A stretch of DNA of 64,000 nt, from the NCBI GenBank assembly GCA_964016885.1, contig OZ024740.1:336164001-336228000 (forward strand), written 5' to 3'. Shown one piece after another: positions 40,801-52,597 of the stretch. Each line of letters starts with the position of its first letter. The stretch's first letter is position 1. A model generated the notes under the pieces. The model saw only the letters and a list, made by a program, of their open reading frames with translations, did no database searches and was not told the origin of the DNA. The position numbers and the translations under genes were made by a program. This DNA is from Eledone cirrhosa. Lineage: Eukaryota.

Positions 40801-42237
40801 GTCATTGTGATGAAGAGGGGTAGGTTGAGCAGAAGTAACGGGATCCAGATACCAACAGGTGAGATGATAAAGGAAATTGACTCTGAGGAAGGATACAAGT
40901 ATTTGGGCGTTCTGGAGGCTGGTGGCATAAAGAACAAAAAAATGAAGGAATTGTTAAGAACTGAATACATTCGGAGAGTAAGGAGCGTACTGAAGTCACA
41001 TCTGAACAGCAGAAATGCCATAAGCGCAGTAAATTCCCGAGCTGTGTCTATTATTAGGTACAGTGCGGGAATTCTGAGATGGAATGTTGCTGAACAAAAA
41101 GAAATGGATAGGAAGACTAGGAAGCTATTGACTATCTACAACATGTTCCACAAGAGGAGTGATGTCGATAGACTCTACCTAAGGAGATCTGAGGGTGGAA
41201 GAGGTCTTATCAGCATAGAGGACTGTGTTCAGATGGAGAAAAACAACCTATACAAATACGTGACCTATAGTAAGGAGCCAATGCTCAGAGCTGTACTGAA
41301 GGAGGGGACAGTAGGCCAGGGGATATCCAAGGAGGAAATAACATCAAGGAGGAAGAGCAGCCTTAAGGGAAAATCCCTTCATAGTACCTTCTTTGAGAAA
41401 ACTGAATTTAGAGATCCACAGACATGGAACTGGTTGAGAAGAGGAGACCTCAAAAAGGCTACAGAAGGAATGCTAATGGCTGCGCAGGAGCAGGCCCTCA
41501 AAACGAAGTGGTTGAAGCACCATATCTACAAGGAGGAGGCTAGCCCACTGTGCAGGATCTGTGGAGAGAGAGAGGAGACTGTGGCTCACATTGTGTCCGA
41601 GTGTAAACACCTAGCCCAGACCCACTATAAGGGCTGGAGACACGATGTGATGGGCAGGGTGATCCACTGGCACCTGTGCAAAGTAAACAATCTACCACAT
41701 TCTGAGAAATGGTATGAGCATAGGCCAGAGGCGGTGATGGAGAACAGTCAGGTGAAGGTGCTGTGGGATTTTAGGATACAGACGGACAAAAAACTGGAAC
41801 ACAATAGACCTGACCTGGTGGTTGTGGACAAAGAAAAAAGATCGTGCCTGATTGTGGATGTGGCCTGCCCGTTCGACACGAGAGTGCAAGAGAAGGAGAG
41901 GGAGAAAATTAACCGATACCAGGACCTTAAGTGGGAGGTGAAAAGGATTTGGAACTGCCATGAAGTCAAAGTGATCCCGATTGTCATAGGCGCACTGGGG
42001 ACTATCTCCAAAGGTTTCCAGGGATGGTTGAAGAAAATCGGCCCCTTCACGCTTTTTGGAACGCTTCAAAAGGCATGCTTGCTTGGAACAGCAAGAACCC
42101 TCCGATACGTCCTGAATATCTGAGGCTGCAGGTAGTGGCTTGATATTCAATCCAACGGACTTTCCAGTTAACCAACATCAATGACTGAGATTCAAGGAAT
42201 AACAATAACAATAATAATAATAATAATAATAATAATA
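37877..42237 (+). mobile_element. R4/Dong-clade non-LTR retrotransposon inserted in (TAA)n, apparently full length; 5' boundary uncertain
   Basis: (TAA)n at 37804-37876 and 42198-42237 flank a single RT-RLE ORF. Dong elements are known to target TAA repeats. Confidence 0.85.
38731..42123 (+). CDS. Intact 1130-aa reverse transcriptase with restriction-like endonuclease (R4/Dong)
   Basis: NYRPITCL, IDYRKAFDMV, GIFQGDSLSP, HLLFMDD; CRIC..ETVAHIVSEC; RHD, NRPDLVV, VDVACP, EKINRYQDL, QKACLLGTARTLR. Confidence 0.95.
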   Translation: METRTSCDRLSPNRCPLAQQQEPDCQPNTADVGGRRRRKGARTNWTKELNRTVMQCYLKSNPKERGYRRRMHNIWNEIGLFKLDEQKLAGQARVIRTNGWISELELEELSRENGLEMAGVVCQTSEPAGNEGEEVLRTEEPPEADNDLNTEINNTWNRDTATEEMNAGGLGQDSVDILNLVVDELNNDSGRPMNLRFVDRKKLKETTAKVNKVIPYLEARSLHQCNNILKATANTVRKLLGIKARGNNRQERAEPWWKKRLSGQIGEMRNDIGKLESLLNGTLKNIGTKNRLEIKYKTRSKKLNIIIEELKQRIVAKSAKIRRYENRVSQYKQNRMFENNQKMLFGQLEGKERGNDLIPGAEQAKTFWRGIWEQDVRHNAQAGWIETVQREIGEQAQQQTDLSITVETLKGQAKKLTNWKSPGPDGVQGYWIKHLTSLHPKLTAMFNDCLVSGEVPEWLTKGTTVLIMKDRIKGNDVTNYRPITCLPVMWKLLTSIVSEEIYHHLHTNNLLPDEQKGCRKKSRGTKDQLLIDKMVMGNCRRRHTDLAMGWIDYRKAFDMVPHSWITKSLEIFRVADNIRQLLGRSMGSWETELTSTGVSLGSVKIKRGIFQGDSLSPLLFVLALMPLTIMLRKVRAGYKLGRGELTINHLLFMDDLKLFGKSEKELDVLVDTVRIFSIDICMQFGIGKCGVIVMKRGRLSRSNGIQIPTGEMIKEIDSEEGYKYLGVLEAGGIKNKKMKELLRTEYIRRVRSVLKSHLNSRNAISAVNSRAVSIIRYSAGILRWNVAEQKEMDRKTRKLLTIYNMFHKRSDVDRLYLRRSEGGRGLISIEDCVQMEKNNLYKYVTYSKEPMLRAVLKEGTVGQGISKEEITSRRKSSLKGKSLHSTFFEKTEFRDPQTWNWLRRGDLKKATEGMLMAAQEQALKTKWLKHHIYKEEASPLCRICGEREETVAHIVSECKHLAQTHYKGWRHDVMGRVIHWHLCKVNNLPHSEKWYEHRPEAVMENSQVKVLWDFRIQTDKKLEHNRPDLVVVDKEKRSCLIVDVACPFDTRVQEKEREKINRYQDLKWEVKRIWNCHEVKVIPIVIGALGTISKGFQGWLKKIGPFTLFGTLQKACLLGTARTLRYVLNI

Positions 42238-42238
42238 A

Positions 42239-42624
42239 CTGATTGTGGATGTGGCCTGCCCGTTCGACACGAGAGTGCAAGAGAAGGAGAGGGAGAAAAT
42301 TAACCGATACCAGGACCTAAAGTGGGAGGTGAAAAGGATTTGGAACTGCCATGAAGTCAAAGTGATCCCGATTGTCATAGGCGCACTGGGGACTATCTCC
42401 AAAAGTTTCCAGGGATGGTTAAAGAAAATCGGCCCCTTCACGCTTTTTGGAACGCTTCAAAAGGCATGCTTGCTTGGAACAGCAAGAACCCTCCGATACG
42501 TCCTGAATATCTGAGGCTGCAGGTAGTGGCTTGATATTCAATCCAACGGACTTTCCAGTTAACCAACATCAATGACTGAGATTCAAGGAATAACAACAAT
42601 AATAATAATATTAATAATAATAAT
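42239..42624 (+). mobile_element. Second, 5'-truncated 3' end of the same Dong element
   Basis: Repeats 41848-42200 with about 3 substitutions and has its own TAA tail. Confidence 0.92.
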
Positions 42625-44590
42625 GTCCGTTTACAATTGTTTCGCTACTCCCTATAATGTTTCTGGATCAAATGATTATACATCATTATTGATCTGGTTC
42701 AGTTGAAGATAATTAACTTAGGTACAATTATAGCAGCTCATCGGAACTTCAAAAGGAATATAAATTAAAATAAAGAATGTTTGATGAATGTAATGTTCCA
42801 TATATTGGTATTTCACTATGGTGTCCTGGGTGTATCTGTTGTCTGTCATAGTCGAGCAGTATTCTTCTGTCGAGATCTGCCTAATTAGAGGGTGCTTTCA
42901 GGGGAAGTAACTCCTCGAGAAATTAGAAATTGTGGGTAGTTTATAGTTAAGAAGTGTTAATTTTTTAATTGAGAGACAATGTAAGGGAGGTAACTTATAA
43001 TTATCTAAGTTAGCTATAACTATTTAACTTATTAGCTATAAGTAAAAATGGAGCTAGATGACTATGTTGGGTCAAATATTCTGTTGGCGAAGGAATTAGC
43101 CCTTCGATGTTGACAGCTAATAGTTACCTCCGTTCTATCGTTAATCGGTAGAGGTCGTGATAGAGTTATGTAATATGCTTCAGTACGACAGAGGTCACAA
43201 TATTTTCTTCGTCCATTGAACGGTTGGGCCCCAGCCAAGATATCCCATGTTAGTGAGTGTTCAATGTTGGTTAATTTAAGGTTTTTAATGAGCCTAGCTA
43301 GAGATGTTGAACATCTGTTGTTAGGGTCTCAGAAGGAAAAATAGTGCGCGTTATAGCGTACCTTAAAAGGGTTAGAGGTAGAGCCAATATAGGAGCTGGT
43401 ATGCGAAGAAGTTTTAACTGTGCACCTATAAACTATATTGGGTGTCAGAGAATGTCCATTTAGTGGGATTGCATTAGGGTAACGGCAGTTGCACTTACTT
43501 CTGCGGTTAGTGAGAGTAGGGTTGTTTAAACTATGCGGTTGGTGCGTGCTAGGATTAGATGGGGGGAGGTGTGCTACTAGAGTAAGTATTGGTGTAGTGG
43601 CGTGGTGTATTTGATGCGGGTGGTGGTACCGCGGTGTGGGAGTTATACTGTCTTAGTTTATGATGGTTACTGAATGCGATGTGACTAGCTAGGTTGGGTG
43701 TTGTGGAGAATGAGATTTTAATGTTGTTTGTAATATATGGTTGGGGGGGAAATGTTTAGATGGATAGAGAAGAAACGTTTAGGGATATTAGTGGCTAGAT
43801 TAGATGAGAATGGGGGATTAAGCCAGGTGATATTTCTAGGCCTATTCCTTCTAGGGGTTCTAGTGGAGTTGGTAGGGGCCTTCATAGGGTTATTATTACC
43901 TGGGCATTTGTTATTTGTCATCCCATTGCTCATTCCTATTCTAGGGTTGATTTTTAGTTTGCTACTTGGAGTAGGAAGTAGGCCACTGCCACCATTAAGG
44001 TTCCCTGTATAGGTGGTGTTACTGCTAAAATTCCGGCAAATCTGGCTATATTCTAAGGTATTTCTAGTTCTAGTTTTAAGTTTATTATGGTTGTGGTGAA
44101 GTGTTGTGTTATGGCATTTAGCTATGTAGTAAATGGACTGTTCATAACCAGATTCAGAAAGAGCCTTATTATAATATGCCTCATGGTTTATAAATATTTC
44201 CTCATTTGCTGATAGCATGGAGATCCTACACGAGATAGATTTGATTACTGCTCTGATGACTGCCGGTGGGTGGTTAGAGTGTGGGCTAATATATGTAAAT
44301 ATTTCACCTGGTTTATGATAAGGGTAATATAGGTTATTGTTAAGATCTAGGGTAACGTCCAGGAAGTTTACTACTTTATGGTTCGGCTCGATGGTGATAG
44401 AGAGGCCGTTATTTTTAAAGAATCTATGTAATTGTTTTTTGAGAAAGTCAATGCCTCGATTAGTGCAATTGTGGACTGCAAATAGGGCGTCGTCCCTATA
44501 TATTCCGCCTTGCATTAAACTAAAACTATGTTGACAATCTTTTAATAATGTCTTCCTTGTGAAATTTGTGGTCTTGTTTTGCTTAACTAA
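42625..44590 (-). mobile_element. Second Penelope-like element (RT C-terminal half, GIY-YIG and 3' hammerhead), decayed
   Basis: The ORF at 43718-44515 has GIYRDDAL, VNFLDVTLDL, SNHPP and WLNPPFS. My translation of 43070-43500 gives CNC...IVY...YIG...RYNAH...CDLCRTE...CQH with one stop. Confidence 0.88.
42629..42747 (-). ncRNA. Variant hammerhead (CCGATGA core) at the Penelope 3' end
   Basis: gtt-CCGATGA-gctgct...agtagc-GAAA-caattg-TA-aac. Confidence 0.7.
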
Positions 44591-44637
<47 letters not shown>

Positions 44638-44792
44638 ATACTTTGGGAGCGTCATGCTGCCAATAAAAACACACACACCTGTTGGTTTTCACCTCAATTT
44701 ATTATAAATTTCAAATAAATTATAATATATAACAATATCTGTTTCAACACTCGTTTTCAGATGCAAAATCTTGCAACACAAATTTATAAACG

Positions 44793-44846
<54 letters not shown>

Positions 44847-44947
44847 ATAATAATAAAATTGAAGACTAAAATCCAAAGAGGGCTCGATAAGATCCCGTTA
44901 AGGGTGAAAGCAGCGATTCTTTGCTTAAACTTTAATCTGTTATTTTA

Positions 44948-44991
<44 letters not shown>

Positions 44992-45022
44992 TTATATGAG
45001 TCTGTATAAACACACAAACACT

Positions 45023-45057
<35 letters not shown>

Positions 45058-45303
45058 GTACACATATATATATATGCACATATTTATATATATATATATA
45101 TATATATATAAGTATGTATACGTACATACATATATGTATACAGACGTACAGTAGTATATATATATATATACATACATGGACACATACATATATGTACGTA
45201 TGGGTTTACCGAACATTTATTATAATGTTCGGTTTGTTTGTAAACAAACAGCCCGAATTAAGCCGTACATCGTTGCCCTTTTTGTTCAACACTGACAAAG
45301 GAA

Positions 45304-45344
45304 CGATGAACTAGTTTCAAGCTTATTAGCTATCGTCAGCACCG
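45304..45344 (-). ncRNA. Minimal hammerhead motif, same family as 31251
   Basis: cggtg-CTGACGA-t-agct-aata-agct-t-GAAA-ctag-TT-catcg. Confidence 0.75.
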
Positions 45345-45533
45345 TATACCTTCCTGTCAGATATTTGAACGTCTGAAAGTATATACTTTCCTTATGCATA
45401 TTAACGGCTGAGCAGCCTAATTTGCATATCGAGTGAGTTAGTCGGCCGGGCGTACCGAAAACGATAAATGGAAAAAAATATAATTTCATTTCTCACTCTT
45501 AGTACGGCTGATACTTAAATATAAGTATGTATA

Positions 45534-45574
45534 CGGTGCTGACGATAGATAATAAGCTTGAAACTAGTTCATCG
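45534..45574 (+). ncRNA. Minimal hammerhead motif, inverted copy of 45304-45344
   Basis: cggtgCTGACGAtagataataagcttGAAActagTTcatcg. Confidence 0.7.
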
Positions 45575-45789
45575 TTCCTTTGTCAGTGTTGAACAAAAGG
45601 GCAACGATGGTTGCTGAATATATTAAATGTTCGGTAAACCCATACGTACATATATATATATGTGCATGTATGTATGTATATATACATACTACTGTACGTC
45701 TGTATACATATATGTATGTACGTCTATATACTTATATTTAAGTATCAGCCGTACTAAGAGTGAGAAATTAAATTTCATTTTTTTCCATT

Positions 45790-45888
<99 letters not shown>

Positions 45889-46199
45889 TTCTGATGGTAG
45901 CTAAGATGCTTCCATAGGCGGTATGCCGGTTGAGCACACTATGCTCTTACAGATCAGAGTATGATAGAATAGAAAACGAAAAATCATTGATGCATCTGAA
46001 CTCAATTTATTGTGTTACAATTGTTTCCCCAGCGGACTGCTCGAGACGCGATCATTGTGTGGATCTGTCTGATTCTGGTCCCGCAGTGTCGACGGACACG
46101 TCTAATGATTTCGGAGTATATTCTCTCACTGAGGTATCTGAACAAGTGTAACACACAATAAATTGAGTTCAGATGCATCACTGATTTTTCGTTTTCTAT

Positions 46200-46268
<69 letters not shown>

Positions 46269-46488
46269 AATTAAGTTAAAAATGTACATCTACATATGTA
46301 TACTGAAATACTAGTATGCATATGAATACACACACGTATACATATGTAGATGTACCGAGTTTTTCACTGGTCACTTTACTGTGAGTGTCCAGCTATTCTG
46401 TATGTAAACACACAGACAAACCGGTTTTTAGAGTCATACTGGTTTTTGAGGAAACACGTTTCCTCAATTTTCCAGAAGCCAGACAAGG

Positions 46489-46533
46489 AATATTGAACTA
46501 GTTTCGTTGTTGTTACAACTCATCAGCAATATT
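46489..46533 (-). ncRNA. Minimal type I hammerhead ribozyme motif
   Basis: aatattg-CTGATGA-gttgt/acaac-GAAA-ctag-TT-caatatt. Confidence 0.85.
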
Positions 46534-46953
46534 TACCTATCTTCCGGCCTTTCTAGAGAATCGTAAAAGCACATATCGTTATATGCTTTTTCTATGAAAA
46601 TTAGTAGTGGGCAGACTAATTTGCATAGAGCGTGAGTACGTACCGGTTCAACGGAGACGATAAAAACAAATAACGAAACGAAATTAAATTTCGTTTCGTT
46701 TGTAACTCACTTTTGTATGACTGACGCTTAAACAATTAAGTTAAAAATGTACATCTACATATGTATACTGAAATACTAGTATGCATATGAATACACACAC
46801 GTATACATATGTAGATGTACCGAGTTTTTCACTGGTCACTTTACTGTGAGTGTCCAGCTATTCTGTATGTAAACACACAGACAAACCGGTTTTTAGAGTG
46901 TTACTGGTTTTTGAGGAAACACGTTTCCTCAATTTTCCAGAAGCCAGACAAGG

Positions 46954-46998
46954 AATATTGAACTAGTTTCGTTGTTGTTACAACTCATCAGCAATATT
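46954..46998 (-). ncRNA. Minimal type I hammerhead ribozyme motif (second repeat unit)
   Basis: Identical to 46489-46533. Confidence 0.85.
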
Positions 46999-47517
46999 TA
47001 CCTATCTTCCGGCCTTTCTAGGGAATCGTAAAAGCACATATCGTTATATGCTTTTTCTATGAAAATTAGTAGTGGGCAGACTAATTTGCATAGAGCGTGA
47101 GTACGTACCGGTTCAACGGAGACGATAAAAACAAATAACGAAACGAAATTAAATTTCGTTTCGTTTGTAACTCACTTTTGTATGACTGACGCTTAAACAA
47201 TTAAGTTAAAAATGTACATCTACATATGTATACTGAAATACTAGTATGCATATGAATACACACACGTATACATATGTAGATGTACCGAGTTTTTCACTGG
47301 TCACTTTACTGTGAGTGTCCAGCTATTCTGTATGTAAACACACAGACAAACCGGTTTTTAGAGTCATACTGGTTTTTGAGGAAACACGTTTCCTCAATTT
47401 TCCAGAAGTACGTACTCACGCTCTATGCAAATTAGTCTGCCCACTACTAATTTTCATAGAAAAAGCATATAACGATATGTGCTTTTACGATTCTCTAGAA
47501 AGGCCGGAAGATAGGTA

Positions 47518-47562
47518 AATATTGCTGATGAGTTGTAACAACAACGAAACTAGTTCAATATT
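47518..47562 (+). ncRNA. Minimal type I hammerhead ribozyme motif (inverted unit)
   Basis: aatattgCTGATGAgttgtaacaacaacGAAActagTTcaatatt. Confidence 0.85.
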
Positions 47563-47849
47563 CCTTGTCTGGCTTCTGGAAAATTGAGGAAACGTGTTTC
47601 CTCAAAAACCAGTATGACTCTAAAAACCGGTTTGTCTGTGTGTTTACATACAGAATAGCTGGACACTCACAGTAAAGTGACCAGTGAAAAACTCGGTACA
47701 TCTACATATGTATACGTGTGTGTATTCATATGCATACTAGTATTTCAGTATACATATGTAGATGTACATTTTTAACTTAATTGTTTAAGCGTCAGTCATA
47801 CAAAAGTGAGTTACAAACGAAACGAAATTTAATTTCGTTTCGTTATTTG

Positions 47850-47884
<35 letters not shown>

Positions 47885-48064
47885 GTTATTCCGGGTTGAA
47901 TCGGAGGTAACCACAGTAAGTAAGGTACTCAATACATAGCAGAGTATAAAAGTTTTAATGTAGATGAGATTCTACAGGACTAGAACTGTTTCATTCTTTA
48001 GAAATCATCAAAGATTCCTGATGATTTCTAAAGAATGAAACAGTTCTAGTCCTGTATAATCTCA

Positions 48065-48108
<44 letters not shown>

Positions 48109-48346
48109 GAGAGAGAGGGGGGGGGGGCAATGAAAACAAAACAAGACGAGGTACACTACTTGAACCTCGTCTTGCTTGTTTTCATTTTTCAACCTATATG
48201 TCTTTGTAGTTTTTTCAATGCCCAATAACATATAAGATACCATTCCACAACAACCGATTTCAGCTTATTACGATGATATATTCTTATCAACACTACATTG
48301 AATGAAAACAGTACTTTTAGTGCTAACTTAATTAGGTAAAATATTA

Positions 48347-48415
<69 letters not shown>

Positions 48416-48435
48416 TATATTTATATGTGTGTGTT

Positions 48436-48494
<59 letters not shown>

Positions 48495-48639
48495 TGAGAG
48501 AGAGAGAGTGTGTGTGTGTGTGTATATTTTGTTATATATTTACCTCTGTTTTTGTCGAAAGACACCCGTAAATTTTGCAGCTCATCCTTTGTTTGTCTTT
48601 TATTGTCTAACATGCATCTTACCAACAGAGCGATTCTCC

Positions 48640-48810
48640 AATCTGTTATGCGAAAATGCCTGCACAATACCAGTGATAGTCGACGCACTTGGAATGCTAA
48701 TAAAAGGGTACTGAAGAATATTTGGACCGGATACCTGGAAGAGATACAGAAAATAGTGCTGACTCGTACTGCCCATGTCCTAAGAAGGGCATTATTAATT
48801 TTAAAACTTC
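48640..48810 (+). mobile_element. Decayed 3' end of an RLE-type non-LTR element
   Basis: EIQKIVLTRTAHVLRRAL resembles the QKA.LLGTA.ILR terminus. Confidence 0.6.
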
Positions 48811-48894
48811 GCAATGACATTTACTGTTGTTTGTGTCCTTGTGGCATCATATGTTTGATAATTGATTGTAAAATGTGTGTATTATCATAGGGCC

Positions 48895-49078
48895 TTGAAT
48901 TGGCAGTATCGGTAGGGAGACGGACATGTTTTCCAGCATAGTTACGTCCTTTTACGATCTGAGTTCAAATCCCGCTGAGGTTAACTTTGCCTTTCATCCT
49001 TACAGAGTCGATAAAATAAAGTACCCGTAATACACTGAGTAATTGCTGGCCTTGCGCCAAAAGTAGAACCAATTATCA
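48895..49078 (+). mobile_element. Family A SINE
   Basis: Full head, core and tail. Confidence 0.85.
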
Positions 49079-49169
49079 TATTTTACCTCAGGTGCCAGGT
49101 TGACACTCGGCATGATTTGGAAAGAAGAAGAACTCAAAGGAAGTTTAAATCATAATAATAATGTGTGGT

Positions 49170-49615
49170 GAACACGTTTGAAAGGGCTGAAGACGAGCAC
49201 TTACCTCTTCGGTGATGCCCTGATTAACTTTTTCAAATTTCATTTGAAAAGGAAGTGCTCTCTTCCCAGCAATTTGTTGAAAGATGAGTGAGAGAGGCAA
49301 GCATGGCCCGAGTGAATGGACCTACTCTGAGTATGCGCCTGTAAATTGGAGGTGGAAAACTGGGAGAGGGCACTTGCCCTGGTGGTCAGGGTCACCGTGG
49401 CTTTTTTAATGGTCTTTCTCCACGAGTGTCCCTTGGAAGTCTTCCCCCTATTGGAGAATTTTCCCTTGTTTCTTTTTTTGTCATTTCCTTTGTTTTTTCT
49501 TTAAACGCAGAAATGCCCATTTGTACCGTCCTGTACCGTCCTGTACCGTCCTGTGCTGTCTTTATTGTTATACTTTATGTCAACCCTTGTGTTTAATAAA
49601 GAAAGCATTAATAAT
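49170..49615 (+). mobile_element. 5'-truncated 3' fragment of the Tx1-like LINE
   Basis: Highly similar to 4272-4710, with a short internal deletion near 49252. Confidence 0.9.
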
Positions 49616-49832
49616 ATTGGTTTCTTATATAGGCACAATGCCAGCAATTTTGGGACGTGGAAAGTCGATTAAACCGACCCCAGTACGTGACTGGTACTTT
49701 ATTTTATCGACCCCGTAAGGATGAAAGGCAAAGTTAACCTCGGCGGGATTTGAACTCAGATCATAAAGGGCCGTAACTTTATTATGCAAAGAATGGCGTC
49801 CGACCCTCTACCGATACTGCCAATCCACCACC
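49615..49832 (-). mobile_element. Family A SINE, tail-to-tail with the Tx1 3' fragment
   Basis: Reverse-complement head, core and tail. Confidence 0.85.
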
Positions 49833-49835
49833 CTC

Positions 49836-49873
<38 letters not shown>

Positions 49874-50859
49874 CGATGATGATGATGATGATAAAAGGTT
49901 AACTCTTAATACACAAATCGAAATATCTGGTGGCAATATCGATATATGTGATAGTTGAAAGTACACAACATTTAAAATGGGGCTAGAGCTAGCGCCTAAC
50001 TTCTCAATACATGGAAAATATAGACACGCAACGAACAATTTGAGATACGAAAACTGAGCCCTTTCAAAAGTTCTACATATAGAAGTTTGTGTGCGCGTGT
50101 GTTTGTGTGTGCGTGTGTGTGTATGTGTGTATGTGTGTACGTGTAGTTTTGCGTGTTTGTCTGCCTCTATGTGTATGCGAGTAAAGATGTGTGAGCGTAG
50201 TTTTTGTGTTTGACTGTGTTAGTGTAGTGTGTGAGTGTTTATTTAAAAAATGGTATTCAGTATGCGTACGGGAGTACACAATGGGACATCGAATTACAAT
50301 TTAATGGTAATGAGAGAAAGAATAATATGACTTCTGGGAGTAGATACATTCAATTAGAAGCTAGAAAGGAACATTAAGACTGTTCCACGCGAGTGCCAAT
50401 GTTCGTTTTGGCCAAGTAATAGCAAAAATCTTAGCACCGCAGTGTGAATAACGACGTACAAGCGGAAATAGATCGGAACGTTAGAATACCTGAAAGTAAA
50501 GAAAGTAGTAGAAATCAGGAATAATCTTAAAAGATCAATAGGAAACAATTAAAATCTTTTACAAACGACAACTTAATGAAATAATGTTAGACATGAATCA
50601 ACAAATGAGCTGCTACGTGGTCGCTCAAATTGCTAGAAATGGCAGCCAAATCTTCTTTGAATGACACACTAACCTGGTCTCCTACTATCCTCGTTTCTGA
50701 GGTCCGGAACCATAGACAATACTATCTATACTTATCTATATGATTCTGTATGTTCATAATTTTTTATCGAGAAAAATGACGTCGGTGGGTCCCGAATCCA
50801 CCTTAGAACAATACTGTGAAACTGCTACCGAGACACAGCTCATCCGACTTCACCACATG

Positions 50860-51150
50860 GATGAAACCCATGGCCAGTTGAAAAGTTGTCATCAACTCTT
50901 ATTTTGAAATCAGTGATCTTTCTCCTAGACAGACTACCAACCATGCCTAACGACCCCTGTCTACTCGGGTTCTTTGACACACTATCGGATGGGCGTTGAT
51001 TCTCCTGAGTTTCTATGTCCGTTGGTGGGTTTTGTTTTTCATTCAGCAGGGTGTCCAAAAACCCTCCTTTTTATCTAGCAAGCTTTGTTGAGTTGACGAT
51101 TTAGTCGCCGATGCTCCAGCGACGCCACATGCTGTACTGGGTTACTTATT
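50860..51150 (-). mobile_element. Probable repeat derived from an RTE 5' UTR
   Basis: Minus strand ...ttaggcatggttggtagtctgtctaggagaaagatcactgatttcaaa resembles RTE leader sequences as I recall them. Confidence 0.4.
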
Positions 51151-52432
51151 ACCTCCAACACTTGAGAGAGACCTGACATTGAATGACAGACAAGCATCTT
51201 TAAACGGAAGGGCATAATTGATATAGAATATTAAAAACAGCGAAAACAAGAGATTAGAAACAGAATTGGCAAAATTGTTAAAATCTCGGATAATATCCCT
51301 GCGGAAATTAGTTACAGCTCTTTACGTTTAAAACGCTGTGAGGTAAAAAATCGCCTTTCATGTTTTTGGCGTCTATAGAATAAACTACCAGTCAAGTACT
51401 GGGGTGCAATTTGATATTCATGTAAGGTATCCTGCATGTGAAGGTATCCTGCATGTAAGGTATCCTGCATGTGAAGCGAAATATAATGACAGGAAATGAA
51501 AAGGATTGGCGTAGTAAAGTGGAACATTATAAATATATAACGCATGATCATGTGGCAACAACTTTGTGCTAAAATTGTTTAAGAAGTGGTACTTTCAGAT
51601 TGTACCTGCTTTCACATCTTCCTCCTCAAGATATATCCACCTTCCAGAAGGTTAGTTATATAACAACAGTTATCTATAGCTATCTACATAATTATCTATC
51701 TATCTATCTCCAGATATTTATATAAATGACTTTGACAGGACTAGATCTGTTTCATTCATTGAGTAACTTCTTTAATAGCGGAAAAACATCCTTGATGTTA
51801 TAGATATATATACGTGTGTGTCGGGGGGGGGGGGGGCGTATGTATATGTGCGTGTGTGTGTGCGTATAAAGATATAATATATAATATACGTATATGTGCG
51901 TGTGAATGAATATGTTTCTGTATTAATTAGATGGGGAAGTAGATGGGATAGGAAAGAAGAGAACCTTCAACCCTCACCTTTAAAAATATCTCCTAATCTA
52001 TACCAGAACTTAAACTTCTCTCTGCCAATTCTGCAGCATCTAATGTAGTTAAGACATATCTAAGTATCTGATGTCTGCAACACCATACAAACGTGTTCGG
52101 TTAACTAAATATCATTCTGGAACCGGTCAGACCGCCATATAGTCTATGGTAACAGATGACTAAAACTGATCGCCATCACCATCTTATCCAAATAGCTGGC
52201 GTCTGTTTGAACCTAGTTGTCTGGACCATAGTTTTTTTCATTGTAAACATACCAAGTTAAACTTGTCGATGGGCGGTGAGCGAAAGCAAACAAGATTTAA
52301 TCAAAATCTCTGTTGCTATGATATCACTGAAAATTCATAATTTGGCCTGCTTTATACAATATTTGCCATTTCTTCGCTTATTTGTTTGATCATCTATATG
52401 ATGTCTTTCTTCGTATATTCTCTCCCTTCTCT

Positions 52433-52466
<34 letters not shown>

Positions 52467-52533
52467 AAGTGTGCGTGTGTGTGTGTACGACAGAGAGAGA
52501 GTGTGTGTGTGTATTTGTGTGTATATGTATGTA

Positions 52534-52597
<64 letters not shown>

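Larger units (their letters stand above)
46265..47856. repeat. 465-bp tandem repeat (about 2.45 copies) plus a ~450-bp inverted copy; both complete units and the inverted arm carry a hammerhead
   Basis: Units start at 46265, 46730 and 47195. Inversion junction near 47408. (TA)n flanks both ends. Confidence 0.95.

Noticed and set aside
38761-42441. Antisense ORFs over the LINE coding regions
   Set aside because: Shadow ORFs of the retroelement frames.
43329-43331. In-frame TGA in the second Penelope GIY-YIG as possible selenocysteine (reported for some Naiad elements)
   Set aside because: It aligns to a basic residue (SF-K in the other copy), so CGA>TGA decay is more likely. The element has other lesions.
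46265-47856. CRISPR array
   Set aside because: Whole 465-bp units are repeated with no unique spacers, in a eukaryotic context.
50840-51058. 72-aa ORF as a host exon
   Set aside because: No recognisable domain or convincing splice context; it resembles an RTE-leader-derived repeat.
51419-51474. 16-bp tandem repeat (catgtaaggtatcctg) in about 3.5 copies
   Set aside because: A simple local slippage duplication.
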